Source: a virus. Taken from it: 64,000 bases of DNA. Under the pieces are notes generated by a model. The model saw only the letters and a list, made by a program, of their open reading frames with translations, was not told the origin of the DNA and ran no database searches. The stretch is from IMG/VR virus record IMGVR_UViG_3300045988_086557; one strand, 5' to 3'. Shown here piece by piece: positions 38,727 to 49,765 of the stretch (positions are counted from its first letter, which is position 1; every line of letters starts with the position of its first letter). The position numbers and the translations under genes are program-made.

Positions 38727-39965
38727 TTAAATACTGCTTTTAGCAGTTTCACGAATTGCTTTTACCCAATCAGGAACGTTGTCAGTTTCTGGATTATTTA
38801 AATTAAAAAGTCCCTTTGGGGTATTATCTTCTTCTTTATGCTTTTCTTCAAGATTGAAATTTACTTTATTTCTAACACAAAGAATAGATAATTTAGCTTC
38901 AATATCATCTAAAGAATAAGTATCAATATGCTCAGCGACATCTTTCTTATCCTCATCACTTAACATATAGAAACTATCAATCATTTGTTGTTTACTTTGA
39001 CGTTCAGCATTAAGTTTAAATTCTCTTAGTGCTGCAACTTCATTATCTAGATTAGTTTTTTCTTGCTCAAGAGCAGAGTACTTAGTCTCTAGATCGGTAA
39101 ACTTTGTAAGTAACTCTGTATATTCTGTTACTTCTTCAAGATTATACTTCTTATCTTGAGGAGCGTTCTTTTCCTTCTCTTTCTCGGAAGTTGGAGCAGG
39201 ATTTTCAGAAGTCTTCTTATCCTCTTCGGGATTAGGAGTATTTTTCTTGAAATCGGTAGGTGCTTTATTCTCTTTCTCCATAGGTTCTTGAGAGCCTCCT
39301 TTATTTAAAGTTTCTTTTAATTGATCCATCATAGAATACATCATAGTTTTAAGTTTCTAAAACTCTTGATTATTCTCTAAAGAAAATTGAGAACTAAATT
39401 GAGCTCCCTCGAAACAAGGCTCAACATTTTCTCCGAGAACACATAATTTCTCAATCAATGCCTCATTGTAGATAAAGATTCTTTCATTTGTTTTATCATC
39501 TTTTGTCCAAAATCCTGATTGATTTTCTTCATTCAATTCCATAGAATGGTTATTGCCATTCTCCAGGATTCTTTTAGATTCTGGATAAACGCTAGTCCAA
39601 ATGTATACATCTGTCACAAGATATTCTCTTTCTACGCCTTCATCATTGAACTTCTAAAACCATACATTTGCATTTGTAGGAACAAATCCATATGGTCTTG
39701 TGGTATCAACAATAGCAAACTTACCATCTCGAACAATAATTTCTCTATTGTGGCCTTCAAAATCATTTATTTCATGATTAAAATATCCAACAATAGGACT
39801 TCCTGGTAGTTTACGTCCCATTTCCGCGGCCACTTCTTTGGTAATTACAGTATGGTTGCGGTTAGGTTGCTACCCAACGTAGCAAACTTTGCAGACACCT
39901 TTACTAACTAGAGGAGAAATCTAAGTGTTCTAAATATATTCCATCGTATTTAAAATGGGAACACT
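38727..39965 (-). CDS. prohead protease-like domain fused through an in-frame TAG (39345..39347) to a coiled-coil scaffolding domain
   Basis: 'SPIVGYFNHEINDFEGHNREIIVRDGKFA' resembles the N-terminus of HK97-family prohead proteases. Track ORFs 39357..39617 and 38727..39344 are in the same frame, separated only by TAG. C-terminal part is a Glu/Lys-rich coiled coil. Exact start unresolved. Confidence 0.45.
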
Positions 39966-39997
39966 AATATGCAAGTTCAATCCCTCCTTTATGACGA

Positions 39998-41614
39998 ACT
40001 TTCTTGATTAGCTATTGTCTTATCTGACTTTTCGCCATCTTCTTTTTTGGGCCTGCCGGCTCCATTAGTATTAGTTGAACTTGTCTACTTATTCTAAGAA
40101 TTAGTTTTAGATGACTAATTATTATTACCCAAATCTTTTCCGCTTCTGGTATTAGAACTCATAGGTGGAATCATAATTTCTGCCAAATTCAATACTTCGT
40201 TCTCAAATGTTAATGTAGCTAATATACTCGATTGAGAGTGACCTAAAGCAATCTGTGGCAACATCTTAGAATAACCCAGTTGAGCGTGTTCTTTATATAA
40301 TTTAGATAACTCTTTATAATTAAACTAGGTAGTTTCTAACATTTCCGCTCTAAACTCATAATGATTTTTGCGATTAAATTTCTCTACTACTCGATTTAAT
40401 AAATCTGTAAACATGAGAGGAATATCTCTTACGCTAGATTCATCTGTCAAAATAGAATTTGTAACTGCAATATTGCCATCTGCATTAAACAAATTATGAG
40501 TTACACCTGAGTTATTATAAACTGTACGTTCAACTTTTTCCAAATCGTCTGTTGTTGTATTAGAATTATTATCTTTTGTATCAATTTTTTCAATATCTGC
40601 AAAAGTTGTTAATACATCTACACCAATAGCTCGTTTTAACATAGTTACAGCATTATTATGAATATCCCTTGCTTCATCAACATCAAAAATCAAATCTCCA
40701 TTTTTATCAAGAGGCAACTTCTAAATAATAATTTTTAATAATTGTTGCATTGTCTTTTGACGATCTAATTCTTGTGCTTGATCCAAATCAATAATAGAAG
40801 GAATAACCCCAGCTAGAAAAGGAAATTCATTATCATTTAGACTAAACTTTACAGAAATACTAGGATCTAGTGGATACCATACAGTAGTATCACCTGGATA
40901 ATCCCCTTTTAATTTTCCCTGTTTATAAAGAATATATGCCTTTTGAATATCCTGTGGAAAAATCTTTAATATCTAGATTTTATATTGCGGATTGGCAAAA
41001 TAAGTGTCAAAAAACTAAAGATTTAATTCTACTATTGGATTAGGGCCCTAGAAATATCTACTTCTGCAATATGAAGCTGGTAATTTCTAAATTGCAAATC
41101 TATCTCCAAAATCAACAATTACACCATAATAAGCTCCTTCTTTAATAATATCTAATGATATATTTCCAAGCATTCTCTTCACACTAGATTTATCAAGGTA
41201 AAGCAAGACCTTTGAAAAATCTTTCAATAGCTTATCTTTATCTTTCTACGCATCTACTGTGTATGGAGTAATATACCAATCAAATCTATATAAGAAGGCT
41301 AAATATTTACATAATCTATAATAAATACCGCTACTTTCATAAAAGTAATTAGAAATCTCTCTTAAAGTCTTGTAATCATGCTTATAAATAGCATTTAATA
41401 CAAACTTTTTATCTCCATAATTTCTATTTATCTTTTTATATGTGCCTAGATTAATAAGCGCATCATCCACAGACCGTAATCCAACTCGCATTTTTGCATA
41501 ATCAACAGTATCATAGTTCAAAAAATCTTCTTCCTATTGATAACGAGTAATAATACCTCGATCTAGTAGATCAAAACCTTTAGCTCTTATTTCTTCCTAT
41601 CGACGTTTTAACAA
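39998..41614 (-). CDS. portal protein (about 538 aa, about 8 in-frame TAG)
   Basis: follows the terminase; track ORFs 41246..41521 and 40325..40717 in one frame; TTG start after GGAGGTG; low-complexity C-terminal tail. Confidence 0.55.
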
Positions 41615-41632
41615 AATATCACCTCCAGGTGT

Positions 41633-41988
41633 TAATATCCAGCTTTACTCATTAAATAATCATAAGAGATGATATTTTCCTCCGTATAGGGAACTTCAAT
41701 GAGGGTAATACCTTTTAATGCACAAAATCTACGCTTTTGATTATCATTATATTTCTATTGGTATAATCCTCTATTTCCACCAAATTTACTAACAGCCTAA
41801 TAATGCTATTTACCCTGATACTCAATTAAAAAATCAAGATTTCCATCATCATCAAAAACAGCAAAATCAAAACGAAGTGGCCTGCCACTTGGTGCTTTCA
41901 GCCCAGGAAACTCATACTCTTCTTTAAAGTTCATGCCATTTTGCTCTAATATCTCATGAATTTTAATTTCTCCACGACTGGCCTTCAT
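41633..41988 (-). CDS. small PD-(D/E)xK-like nuclease-fold protein (about 118 aa, 2 in-frame TAG)
   Basis: 'RFDFAVFDDDGNLDFLIEYQGK' D...E.K-like signature; ATG 4 nt after the TerL stop. Confidence 0.3.
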
Positions 41989-41991
41989 ATC

Positions 41992-43737
41992 TTACACCTC
42001 ACTCATAAACATAAAATCTGAAAATCTTCTACTTTTACGCTTGCGTTTACTATCTTCTTCCTATTTAATATAATATAATCCATATTCAAGCGCAGAGAAT
42101 TTATCTTTGGGCACAGACTTATTTGCCTGTTTTAAAATAATATTTACACCCTCATTTTCTTCTCGCAAATTTAGCATTTCTTCTCTTAATATAGAAGTTA
42201 AAGTGAATGGTTTTAAATATTCTGCCCGCTCTTCTGGTTTCATGGCTTGACCTTTCTTGGTACCAAGTAATTTATTTCTAGCAACTTTTTCGTCGATTAA
42301 AAATCTTAACTTTCCAGCCCGCAACTATGTCTAAACATTGCTATGGGCTTCGGTATTAATTGGCGCATTTGCCTTAATTTCATAAATAGCATCATATTCT
42401 GTATTATCTGTTCTAAATCGTTTGTATTCTCCATCCTCATCATTAGCTACACCAAAATCAGGAAAAACTTCATTGGTATCTGGCACTATTTGTGGTTTAA
42501 CCATATAATCCATCAATCCAGCACCAAGTCCATTACCGTCAATAACAATAATTTTAGCTTTATAATCATAATATAATCTTTTTAGCTTAATTGCCTAATC
42601 TTCAAAATGTTCATCATCCATAGTATATATATTAACAAGAGACTTAATCGCTGGTCCTTGAGACTGAGGGGTTACTTTAAATACACATACAACAGATTGA
42701 CATTTCTTTCTTCCTACATCAACAGAAAGAACATAATATGCTTGAGCAGAAGAGCGCCCGGAAGATTCATATTCAGGCTAAAGCAATTTTCTACTTCTAT
42801 CAAAAGCATCACCATTAAAGAAGGCATCTTCTACGGTGCCACTCCATTTAGATTCATACTCTCTATCAAATGATGCTTCATTAAATGTACCATCTTGTTT
42901 TAACTCCTATACAAAGTTGCGGGATTGTAATCCCACTAGCACAGGAATTCTCCATGTTCCGCCCATTACAATACTCTTTTCGGGTTCTAGTATCATGCGC
43001 ACTAGCAAAGTAATCAACTTATTATATGGGAATGTGTTTTTCCACCCCGCAGTAGTAACATAAATCTAGGATTTATTGAGTGTTTCTTCTTCATGAACAG
43101 ATCCATCTAAACATCTTCTATCAACGTTCATTAGAGGGATTAAAACTTCATTTAAAATATCTCCATCTACACCAACGCACTCCTCAATTAATCCTCCATG
43201 TCTACGCTTACCACGAGAAGATTCTCTAGCAGCAACGTTGTCAAAATAAGATCCATTTTTGAAGATATACTTACAATAATCTTTTCCTTCCTAAGTCTTA
43301 CCTCTTCGCCAATCAATCTCTCTCTAAAGCGCGGGAATCGCATTACAAATTTCCTAGACTTTTTCTTTTGCTATACCTGCTGCCTGTTCTTTTCCACCAG
43401 AAGTAATGAATAGCTTACATCCAGGATATAATATACATCTACACATAAGCACCATTACTGATAAGAATGACTTAGAATAGGCACGGGGAAATACCATGTA
43501 TACATACTTATATCTCATGGCCGCCCGCAAGAAAACTCTCTAATAAAAATAAAAATTAATTTCTTTTTTTCTTGTCTCGTCTCCTCCGGTCTACAAAAAG
43601 TCAATAAACATATCTGGATATTCTCTCCAAAAAGCTATATACTATCTTGCTGCTGGAATTATCGCACGAACTCTTTCTTCGGAAAGACCAATTTTCTTAT
43701 TATTATTTGAAAGGTTTAATAAATCTTTTAATGCCAT
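41992..43737 (-). CDS. terminase large subunit (581 aa, about 12 in-frame TAG)
   Basis: N-terminal 'PDMFIDFL', Walker-A-like 'VFPRAYSKSF', nuclease domain 'IYVTTAGW', 'KIIVIDGNGLGAGL', 'LRFLIDEK'. Track ORFs 42331..42516 and 42061..42324 share the frame. Confidence 0.8.
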
Positions 43738-43740
43738 ATA

Positions 43741-44910
43741 TTAAACCTCCTTTAATATATTATTTAACATTTCCTCATCTTTGTCTCTTTCCGACTCTTT
43801 CATATCTTCATACTCTTGATAATCTTCTTCTGTTAATTCTGGATGCTCGTAATTAAATAAATCTTCATCCTCATCGCTATCTTCAACATCAATATTTGCC
43901 TCGCGTTCTCTGTCTTTAACTATTTCTCTTAACGAAGCTTCGATCATATTACCAAGATTCATTTCCTCTGTAACTAGAGTATGAGTATATTGCTGTAAAT
44001 CCTAAAGAGTTCTATCTACTTTATCTTGGGGTCCTTCCGTATAATATCTAGGAATAAAACCCTCTCTTTCGCAAAGGGCTACTAATTCACCTATTGAATC
44101 TACAAATTCACCGGATTCGCCTTTGTTCTAAGCAGCCGTAAATTTGCCGCTTTTCATTAAACTATCATAGGCTTTTTGCATCTTCTAAAAGCCATCAATA
44201 TCTCCAGCATCAATTAACTAATTTGCTTTTAAACTAGCTTTACATACCATAATAAGAGTATCTTTATGGCCTGCTCCTTGAATATCATAAGAACTCATCA
44301 TATCATTGTAAAGCTGCTCCATTCTTACTCTTTCTTCCCAAGAATATCCGCGGCCCCATTTAAGACGTAATACTAATTTATCTTCTTCGGTTAGCTAATC
44401 ACCAAAATCATCATCTTCCTCTGGATCTTCATATTCTGGAGTTCCTACAGGGGCCTAAACATCCTCTAATTCTTTTGGTTTTGGAGGAGTTCTATCAATA
44501 GACAACTGCTCTTGGATTTCATCTTCTGTAAATCCTTGAGCTTTCATATTAAGAACTTTTTTATCAATGGAATCTTTCTCTAGCGTTTCTGTATCTGCCC
44601 AAGTGTATTTATTCCATTGCTTTAATTTCATTTTAGATAAATAGCGTCCAATAATAGTTAATCCAGTAACTTTCTTTGGATCTTTTCCATATTTCTCCAA
44701 TAAACCATTCCATTCTTCTTTAATATATGGAACGTCAATCTCCTATAAAATCCATTTATAAGTTTCTGGATTCCAGTTATCTACGTGCATAGTAAGACAC
44801 TTTTTACAAATATCCATCTTTCCATCTGGAGGATACTTCTCTAAATTTTTTGATGTATAAAACTATGTATCATCCATAGTTTTACCACATTTTTTACAAT
44901 AATGGCTCAT
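43741..44910 (-). CDS. Zn-ribbon protein with acidic C-terminus (about 390 aa; 7 TAG); possible small terminase by position
   Basis: 'CKKCGKT...CKKCL' N-terminal ribbon; gene directly upstream of TerL; no strong family match recognised. Confidence 0.3.
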
Positions 44911-44916
44911 TTATAA

Positions 44917-45963
44917 TCAACCTCTTTTCTTATTGCGACAGCGCTTACAGATACTATATAAGTTATCTTTGCTTGTCTTATTCTTTGAAAAGAATTGATT
45001 ATGGGCTGGCTTTAATTGCCCACACTTAGAACATTTTTTCATTGGGTATCCTTTTTGTTTATACTACCAACGTAAAAAATCTTCTAAAGCCTCTTCCGCA
45101 ATGAGTTTAGGAATCTTATTTCTCCATAGGCTAGAAATATATTCAACACTATATGTTTTACCAAACTCATTTTTTAATATTTCCTATATTTCGTTATTCT
45201 ACTTTTTATCAATTTTGAGTTCAACAATTCGTAAATAGATTGGAAAGTCTTTGAGAGCTTTATCACATATTTCTTCAAATGATTGAATTAAATACCATGT
45301 ATCTCCCTCAAACTAATCATAACTATCCTCTTTTAATTTTGAATAATTGCATAAAATAGCAGAAACAACATTGGCGTCCATTAGCGAAATACCCTTTACT
45401 ACTACCTCCTGTCCATTAAGATAACTCTAATCATCAAGAGGAATATGAGTTCTTACGGATCTCGTTAATTTACATGGTATAATAGGTTTCTAATATGCTT
45501 GCTTAATGATATACTAATCTTTTCGCATCTCTATTAATGCTTTTTTCATCATATATGCCTATTTTGTCCCAGCAGCGCGTTTTAAAGCGCCCTCCCAGAC
45601 ATTAATGGTTTCTCTCAACTATTTTAAACATGGTATAGTATCTAAATCTTTCTGTGTAATAGAAATCTTTGGCTAAAATATAACATTTTTATTTTCTGAC
45701 ATTAAACCATAAATGCCATCCTCGCCATTTTCCATCTATGACGCAAGCCCTTCGAAAGAACATTCTCTTTTATTAACAGTAGCCATTCTATTATCTGTTA
45801 ATATATTCTTTTCTTTTTTCTCTTGCTTTTCCATACATAGAACTAAATAATCTGCTAATATTTCTAAATAACTCGAACTAAGGTTCGGATTTTCTGCGAT
45901 TATTTTTTCGACAAGCGCCTTCCGTTCTTCTGGAGACTCAATAGTATAATCTAATTTTATCAT
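44917..45963 (-). CDS. first gene of the leftward operon: hypothetical protein with C-terminal Zn-ribbon (about 348 aa, TAG-containing)
   Basis: AAAGGAG + ATG (MIKLDY...) downstream of the leftward TTGACA-N16-TATTAT promoter; ends 'CSKCGQ...CKRC'. Confidence 0.35.
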
Positions 45964-45984
45964 ACTGTCATCTCCTTTTATACT

Positions 45985-46052
45985 CATATAATAACAAAAA
46001 AAAACTAGATTGTCAAATCTTATTTGATTAATTTATTTAAAAATGCTATAAT
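45985..46052. promoter_or_regulatory. divergent consensus sigma-A promoters (leftward TTGACA-TGnTATTAT; rightward TTGATT-N17-TGcTATAAT)
   Basis: hexamers read directly in the 100-bp AT-rich gap between the oppositely oriented gene blocks. Confidence 0.5.
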
Positions 46053-46088
46053 ATAATTATAAAAATAAGATAGGAGATTTGTTTGCCA

Positions 46089-46421
46089 ATGTTCTTTGAC
46101 GAACCATATTTAGATTTACCGGAAAAAGCATAGTATTATTTTAATATCTTAATAATCAGTATTGCTATATCTCCATAGTATGCTTAGGAAATCTTCCAAA
46201 ATAAAGCAATAAGTTTATGGGATATTTAGGGAGTTAATGATCCTAGACCTATTGCTATTCATATATATACTTCTTACCATATTAATAAAGATTTTGACTA
46301 TGAAGTATAGTGTATTCCTCACTAGGTATTAGAAGTTAATGAAAATGAAATATCTTTCTATGAAATGATTGATTACGATACTAGTGACCCTTGGAGGCTT
46401 GATCCAGATGCAATAGATTAA
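46089..46421 (+). CDS. hypothetical protein (about 110 aa, 7 in-frame TAG)
   Basis: ATG after GGAGATT; continuous only through TAG. Confidence 0.3.
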
Positions 46422-47193
46422 TATAAAAGAATATTTTCAACAATAGGTAAACAAATTGCGGGAGATTAGTGGTAATGTTCCATCACTCATGATTATCGAC
46501 GCAACAGCCTAGGATCTCGCGAATCAAATTTATATTCGTAATAAAATAAAAGACTTTAATGCTCTTGGTTGGGAAGCAGAAGTGTTTAGAGCGAATAGTT
46601 CAGTAGAGTTAAGATTACTCTTAGGCCATGCAAAAGACTGGGATGCGGTAATAGTTCAAATGCCAGTAGCAAATGGAATTGATTTCAATTATAGTCAAAT
46701 ACCTATCTCTAAAGATGCGGATGGTTTAAATCCTATGAGCAATATTACTCCAGCAACAGTAAGAGGAATTATAGACTATTTGGATGAATGTGGTTTTAAC
46801 TACGAAGGTAAATCTGCTGTTGTTTTGGGAAGAAGCGATATTGTAGGAAAGCCAATGGCTAAAGCTCTACTGGATAGAAATATGACCGTATCAGTATGTC
46901 ATAGCAAAACAGATATAAATACAAAACTCTATTTAACAAGGCAAGCAGATTTAATTGTCTCTGCGGTAGGAAAATTTAGCTTAACAAGAGAAGCCTGTCC
47001 TAACGCTATTGTTATAGATGTTGGTATTCGCAGAAATGAAGCAGGAATTATTCTTGGTGATTTTGTAGAAATTGATGAAATCGCAAAAAGAAATAATGTA
47101 TGGTCAACTCCTGTCCTCGGAGGAGTAGGTCTATTAACAAGATTGGGGTTGATGAAAAATTGTTTATAGTTAGCGAAACAGGCGCAAAGATAA
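46408..47193 (+). CDS. folD: bifunctional methylene-THF dehydrogenase/cyclohydrolase FolD (about 261 aa); N-terminal 58 codons contain 4 in-frame TAG, C-terminal 200 codons none
   Basis: 'DLANQIYIRNKIK' (cf. 'DPASQVYVRNK'), 'DAVIVQMPVANGID', 'KDADGLNP', 'AVVLGRSDIVGKPMAKALL', 'TVSVCHSKT', 'IVIDVGI', 'STPVLGGVGLLT'. The track ORF starts internally at GTG. Confidence 0.85.
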
Positions 47194-47546
47194 TGAAATT
47201 TTCGGGAGATTTTGACAAATATGCTGAAGAAGTTCTTCATATTAACAATCCCTTTCGAAAATTTTATCATACACAAAGTCCTTCAGTATTTAAAACTAAC
47301 ACCGATGGTATCATAACAATAGATATGGAAGAATCTCGAAAAATATATGAAGAAACAAAAGTAAATAGAGAAGAATGGATTAAATTAAGAGATAGATATG
47401 TCGCAGAAAGAATACTGCGGGAACTTGGATATGAAGTTCTATTAACCTCGTCTTATTTTGAATACTATCCTGATGCTATTCCTTGTGAAGGAGCGTCAGG
47501 GCAATGCACAATAGACTGTAGAATGAATGGGTGTAAATATGAGTAA
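47193..47546 (+). CDS. hypothetical protein (117 aa)
   Basis: ATG overlaps folD stop (TAATG); Cys-rich C-terminus. Confidence 0.4.
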   Translation: MKFSGDFDKYAEEVLHINNPFRKFYHTQSPSVFKTNTDGIITIDMEESRKIYEETKVNREEWIKLRDRYVAERILRELGYEVLLTSSYFEYYPDAIPCEGASGQCTIDCRMNGCKYE

Positions 47547-47726
47547 AATGTGTCCTTGTATTGATTATTGTTATAATAGATTCGGTCGGTAGTACACACC
47601 AGACTGCGACAATACTTGCGATTATGCAATTAAAGTTAAAGAAAATAAAATTCTTAAAGAATATTTAAAGAGATTGGCGGCGGAAACAAATAGTTTACAC
47701 ACTTTATTTGAAGATTGGGATAATTA
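47539..47726 (+). CDS. small Cys-rich protein (62 aa) with one in-frame TAG
   Basis: 'MSKMCPCIDYCYNRFGR.YTPDCDNTCDY'. Confidence 0.35.
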
Positions 47727-47771
47727 AATTATCCACTTCTGCCCAACCGCACGGAAGAAAGGAAACTGCAA

Positions 47772-48539
47772 ATGAGACGAGAAGAGCTCAAACAATACGC
47801 GCAATCGCATTACGCAGACATTAAAGTGAGACTCAAGGAAGATACAGATCGCGCAATTATAAACTCTGAAATTTTTGGCCCCAATCTTCCTTTTCCGCAA
47901 AAACCGCGAGAAACCTACCATAATACCTTTTATCTTAAAGATCAAGATAGCGTATCCTGTCTATTCAGTTTAACCGATCGGAGCAAGACTGCGATCTTAA
48001 ATTATGCAAGCTATAAACATCCAGGTGGTTACTTCCTTGGAGGCAGCTCTGCACAAGAAGAGGCATTGTGTCACGAAAGCAACCTTTATCCTATTCTTCT
48101 TGCTTTTGATGATACTTATTACGCATGGAATAGACAGAGACTAAATCGAGCCCTATATCTTGATAGAGCTATCTATACTCCTGATGTAGTCTTTGAAAAA
48201 GACAATGGTAGAAAATTAGCTGATGTAATTACTTGTGCTTCTCCTAATTATAGAACAGCACATACTTATCAGCAAGTTCCTCTTTCTCTAAACAATAGGA
48301 TAATGGAAGAGAGAATTAATTTTATGTATCGGATTGCCGAGGCTAAGGGAGTGGAAAATTTAATCGCGGGAGCCTGGGGCTGTGGTGTTTTTATGCAAGA
48401 TCCATCAACGGTCGCCACCTTGCTCGTAAACGCAGCCCGCAATTATAATATTCCAAATATCTATTTTGCGATTCCAAACCGCAATTCCCGCAATTTTAGA
48501 ATTTTCTTGGAGGTTTTGGAAAAATGTTCAAGCAATTAA
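47772..48539 (+). CDS. macro-domain / bacterial-type PARG-like (TIGR02452/DUF2263-like) ADP-ribose-processing enzyme, 255 aa
   Basis: 'LNYASYKHPGGYFLGGSSAQEEALCHESNLY' and 'GAWGCGVFMQDP' match family signature blocks. Confidence 0.6.
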   Translation: MRREELKQYAQSHYADIKVRLKEDTDRAIINSEIFGPNLPFPQKPRETYHNTFYLKDQDSVSCLFSLTDRSKTAILNYASYKHPGGYFLGGSSAQEEALCHESNLYPILLAFDDTYYAWNRQRLNRALYLDRAIYTPDVVFEKDNGRKLADVITCASPNYRTAHTYQQVPLSLNNRIMEERINFMYRIAEAKGVENLIAGAWGCGVFMQDPSTVATLLVNAARNYNIPNIYFAIPNRNSRNFRIFLEVLEKCSSN

Positions 48540-48961
48540 TTATTGCGAGACGAGACTTAAATATGTCTCCAGGGAAACTTGCCGCACAAGTTTCCCATGC
48601 TTCTATTGCTTTTCTTTTGGAAAAGTTATATTGGGGAAGTAAAGAAGTTGTTAAAGAAAGAGACGGTCTTATGTATCATATAGGAATAAGCCTCGATAGA
48701 GACTTATTCCATAATTGGATAGCGGAAGCGGAGACCAAAGTAGTTTGTAGAGCGAAGAATAAGAATGATTTGTTAAAGGCTGTTAAGATAGCAGAAGAAT
48801 TAGGATGGGAAGAGAATAAGGATTATTGGCTTATCTATGATGCTTGTAGAACAGAGTTAGAACGCGAAGGCCCGGAAGGGACTTTGACGTGTATTGGATT
48901 TAGGCCAATGGAGGCGGAAGAAATTGACAAAATTGGGAAGAAGTATCAGCTTTATAATTAA
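48524..48961 (+). CDS. peptidyl-tRNA hydrolase, PTH2 family (145 aa); overlaps upstream gene by 16 nt
   Basis: 'IIARRDLNMSPGKLAAQVSHASIAF', 'KVVCRAKN', 'YWLIYDACRTELEREGPEGTLTCIGFRP'. Confidence 0.7.
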   Translation: MFKQLIIARRDLNMSPGKLAAQVSHASIAFLLEKLYWGSKEVVKERDGLMYHIGISLDRDLFHNWIAEAETKVVCRAKNKNDLLKAVKIAEELGWEENKDYWLIYDACRTELEREGPEGTLTCIGFRPMEAEEIDKIGKKYQLYN

Positions 48962-49166
48962 TATAGTTTTGATTTTACTATTGTTGACTGCTTGCGTGGA
49001 GGAGAACAATCGTTATCCAAGGCTAGAGTATATTCCTACAATGTGGAGATCTGATGCGATTAATATTAAATTAGAAGATGGATATATCTTAAAAGGATAT
49101 GAAACGATAGAAACTGAGGATGGATATAATTTGATTTTTAGTTTTGAGGCAACCGACGATGGATAA
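48894..49166 (+). CDS. small predicted lipoprotein (start uncertain, possibly internal near 48960)
   Basis: signal/lipobox-like 'IVLILLLLTAC'. Confidence 0.3.
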   Translation: MDLGQWRRKKLTKLGRSISFIINIVLILLLLTACVEENNRYPRLEYIPTMWRSDAINIKLEDGYILKGYETIETEDGYNLIFSFEATDDG

Positions 49167-49287
49167 AGTATTAGTATGGTTTGACGGTAAGCATTATTAT
49201 AATATATGCGCAGTCTGTGGAGAATTATATCCAATTTACAAAGTAGAAGATCATATTATATATAATTTAAAGAAGAAGTGTAAATGC

Positions 49288-49320
49288 GGAGAGAAGAAGT
49301 GAGTTCTTCTCTCTTTTTCG
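49288..49320 (+). terminator. intrinsic terminator
   Basis: 'GAGAAGAAgtgagTTCTTCTC' + TCTTTTT. Confidence 0.5.
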
Positions 49321-49516
49321 TTATTGAGATTGAAAAGTTGATTTAGATTTTGAAATGGCGTGGCAGAACGATTTCACCAAAAAATTTCCAGTTTTTCCCA
49401 AAATACACGCCCCTCTTTCACATGGTAAAGTATTGAAGTGTAGTTGGCCTCTTTCGCTCGCTAAAGTACGAAAGCAAGAAAGCACGCCCCTAAAGGAATA
49501 CGCGCGCGTAAAGGGT

Positions 49517-49533
49517 TTGTGCAAACTGCACAA
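49517..49533. promoter_or_regulatory. perfect palindromic operator 'TTGTGCAaacTGCACAA' in an ORF-free GC-richer 220-bp region
   Basis: same TTGTGCAA half-site recurs in inverted pairs before 5 other early promoters. Confidence 0.5.
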
Positions 49534-49587
49534 CAAGATGTTATTTATTTTGTGCAAAAGAGAGAGAAAGAAATTTCAAAAAAACTA

Positions 49588-49712
49588 TTGACAAGTGAGC
49601 GTTTTGGTGGTAAACTGGACTTGTCCAGTAGGACAGAGACAAAAGCACAGCACTTTGAAAATTAAAAAATTTCAAAAAAGGTATTGACAAACTGCTAAAG
49701 GTTTGATACAAT
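49588..49712 (+). promoter_or_regulatory. two tandem consensus promoters (TTGACA-N17-TAAACT; TTGACA-N17-TACAAT)
   Basis: hexamers with TGn extended -10; the segment between them resembles the one in the 57.4-57.6 kb promoter array. Confidence 0.55.
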
Positions 49713-49765
49713 ACAGACAGAACAAAAGAGAATCACACCACAAAAAGAAAGGGAGTCAAAAGAGT

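Noticed and set aside
46300-46410. TGA also recoded (an in-frame TGA lies upstream of the folD start in the same frame)
   Set aside because: TGA and TAA terminate all early-region genes normally, and the folD ATG lies just downstream of it. Only TAG shows the read-through pattern.
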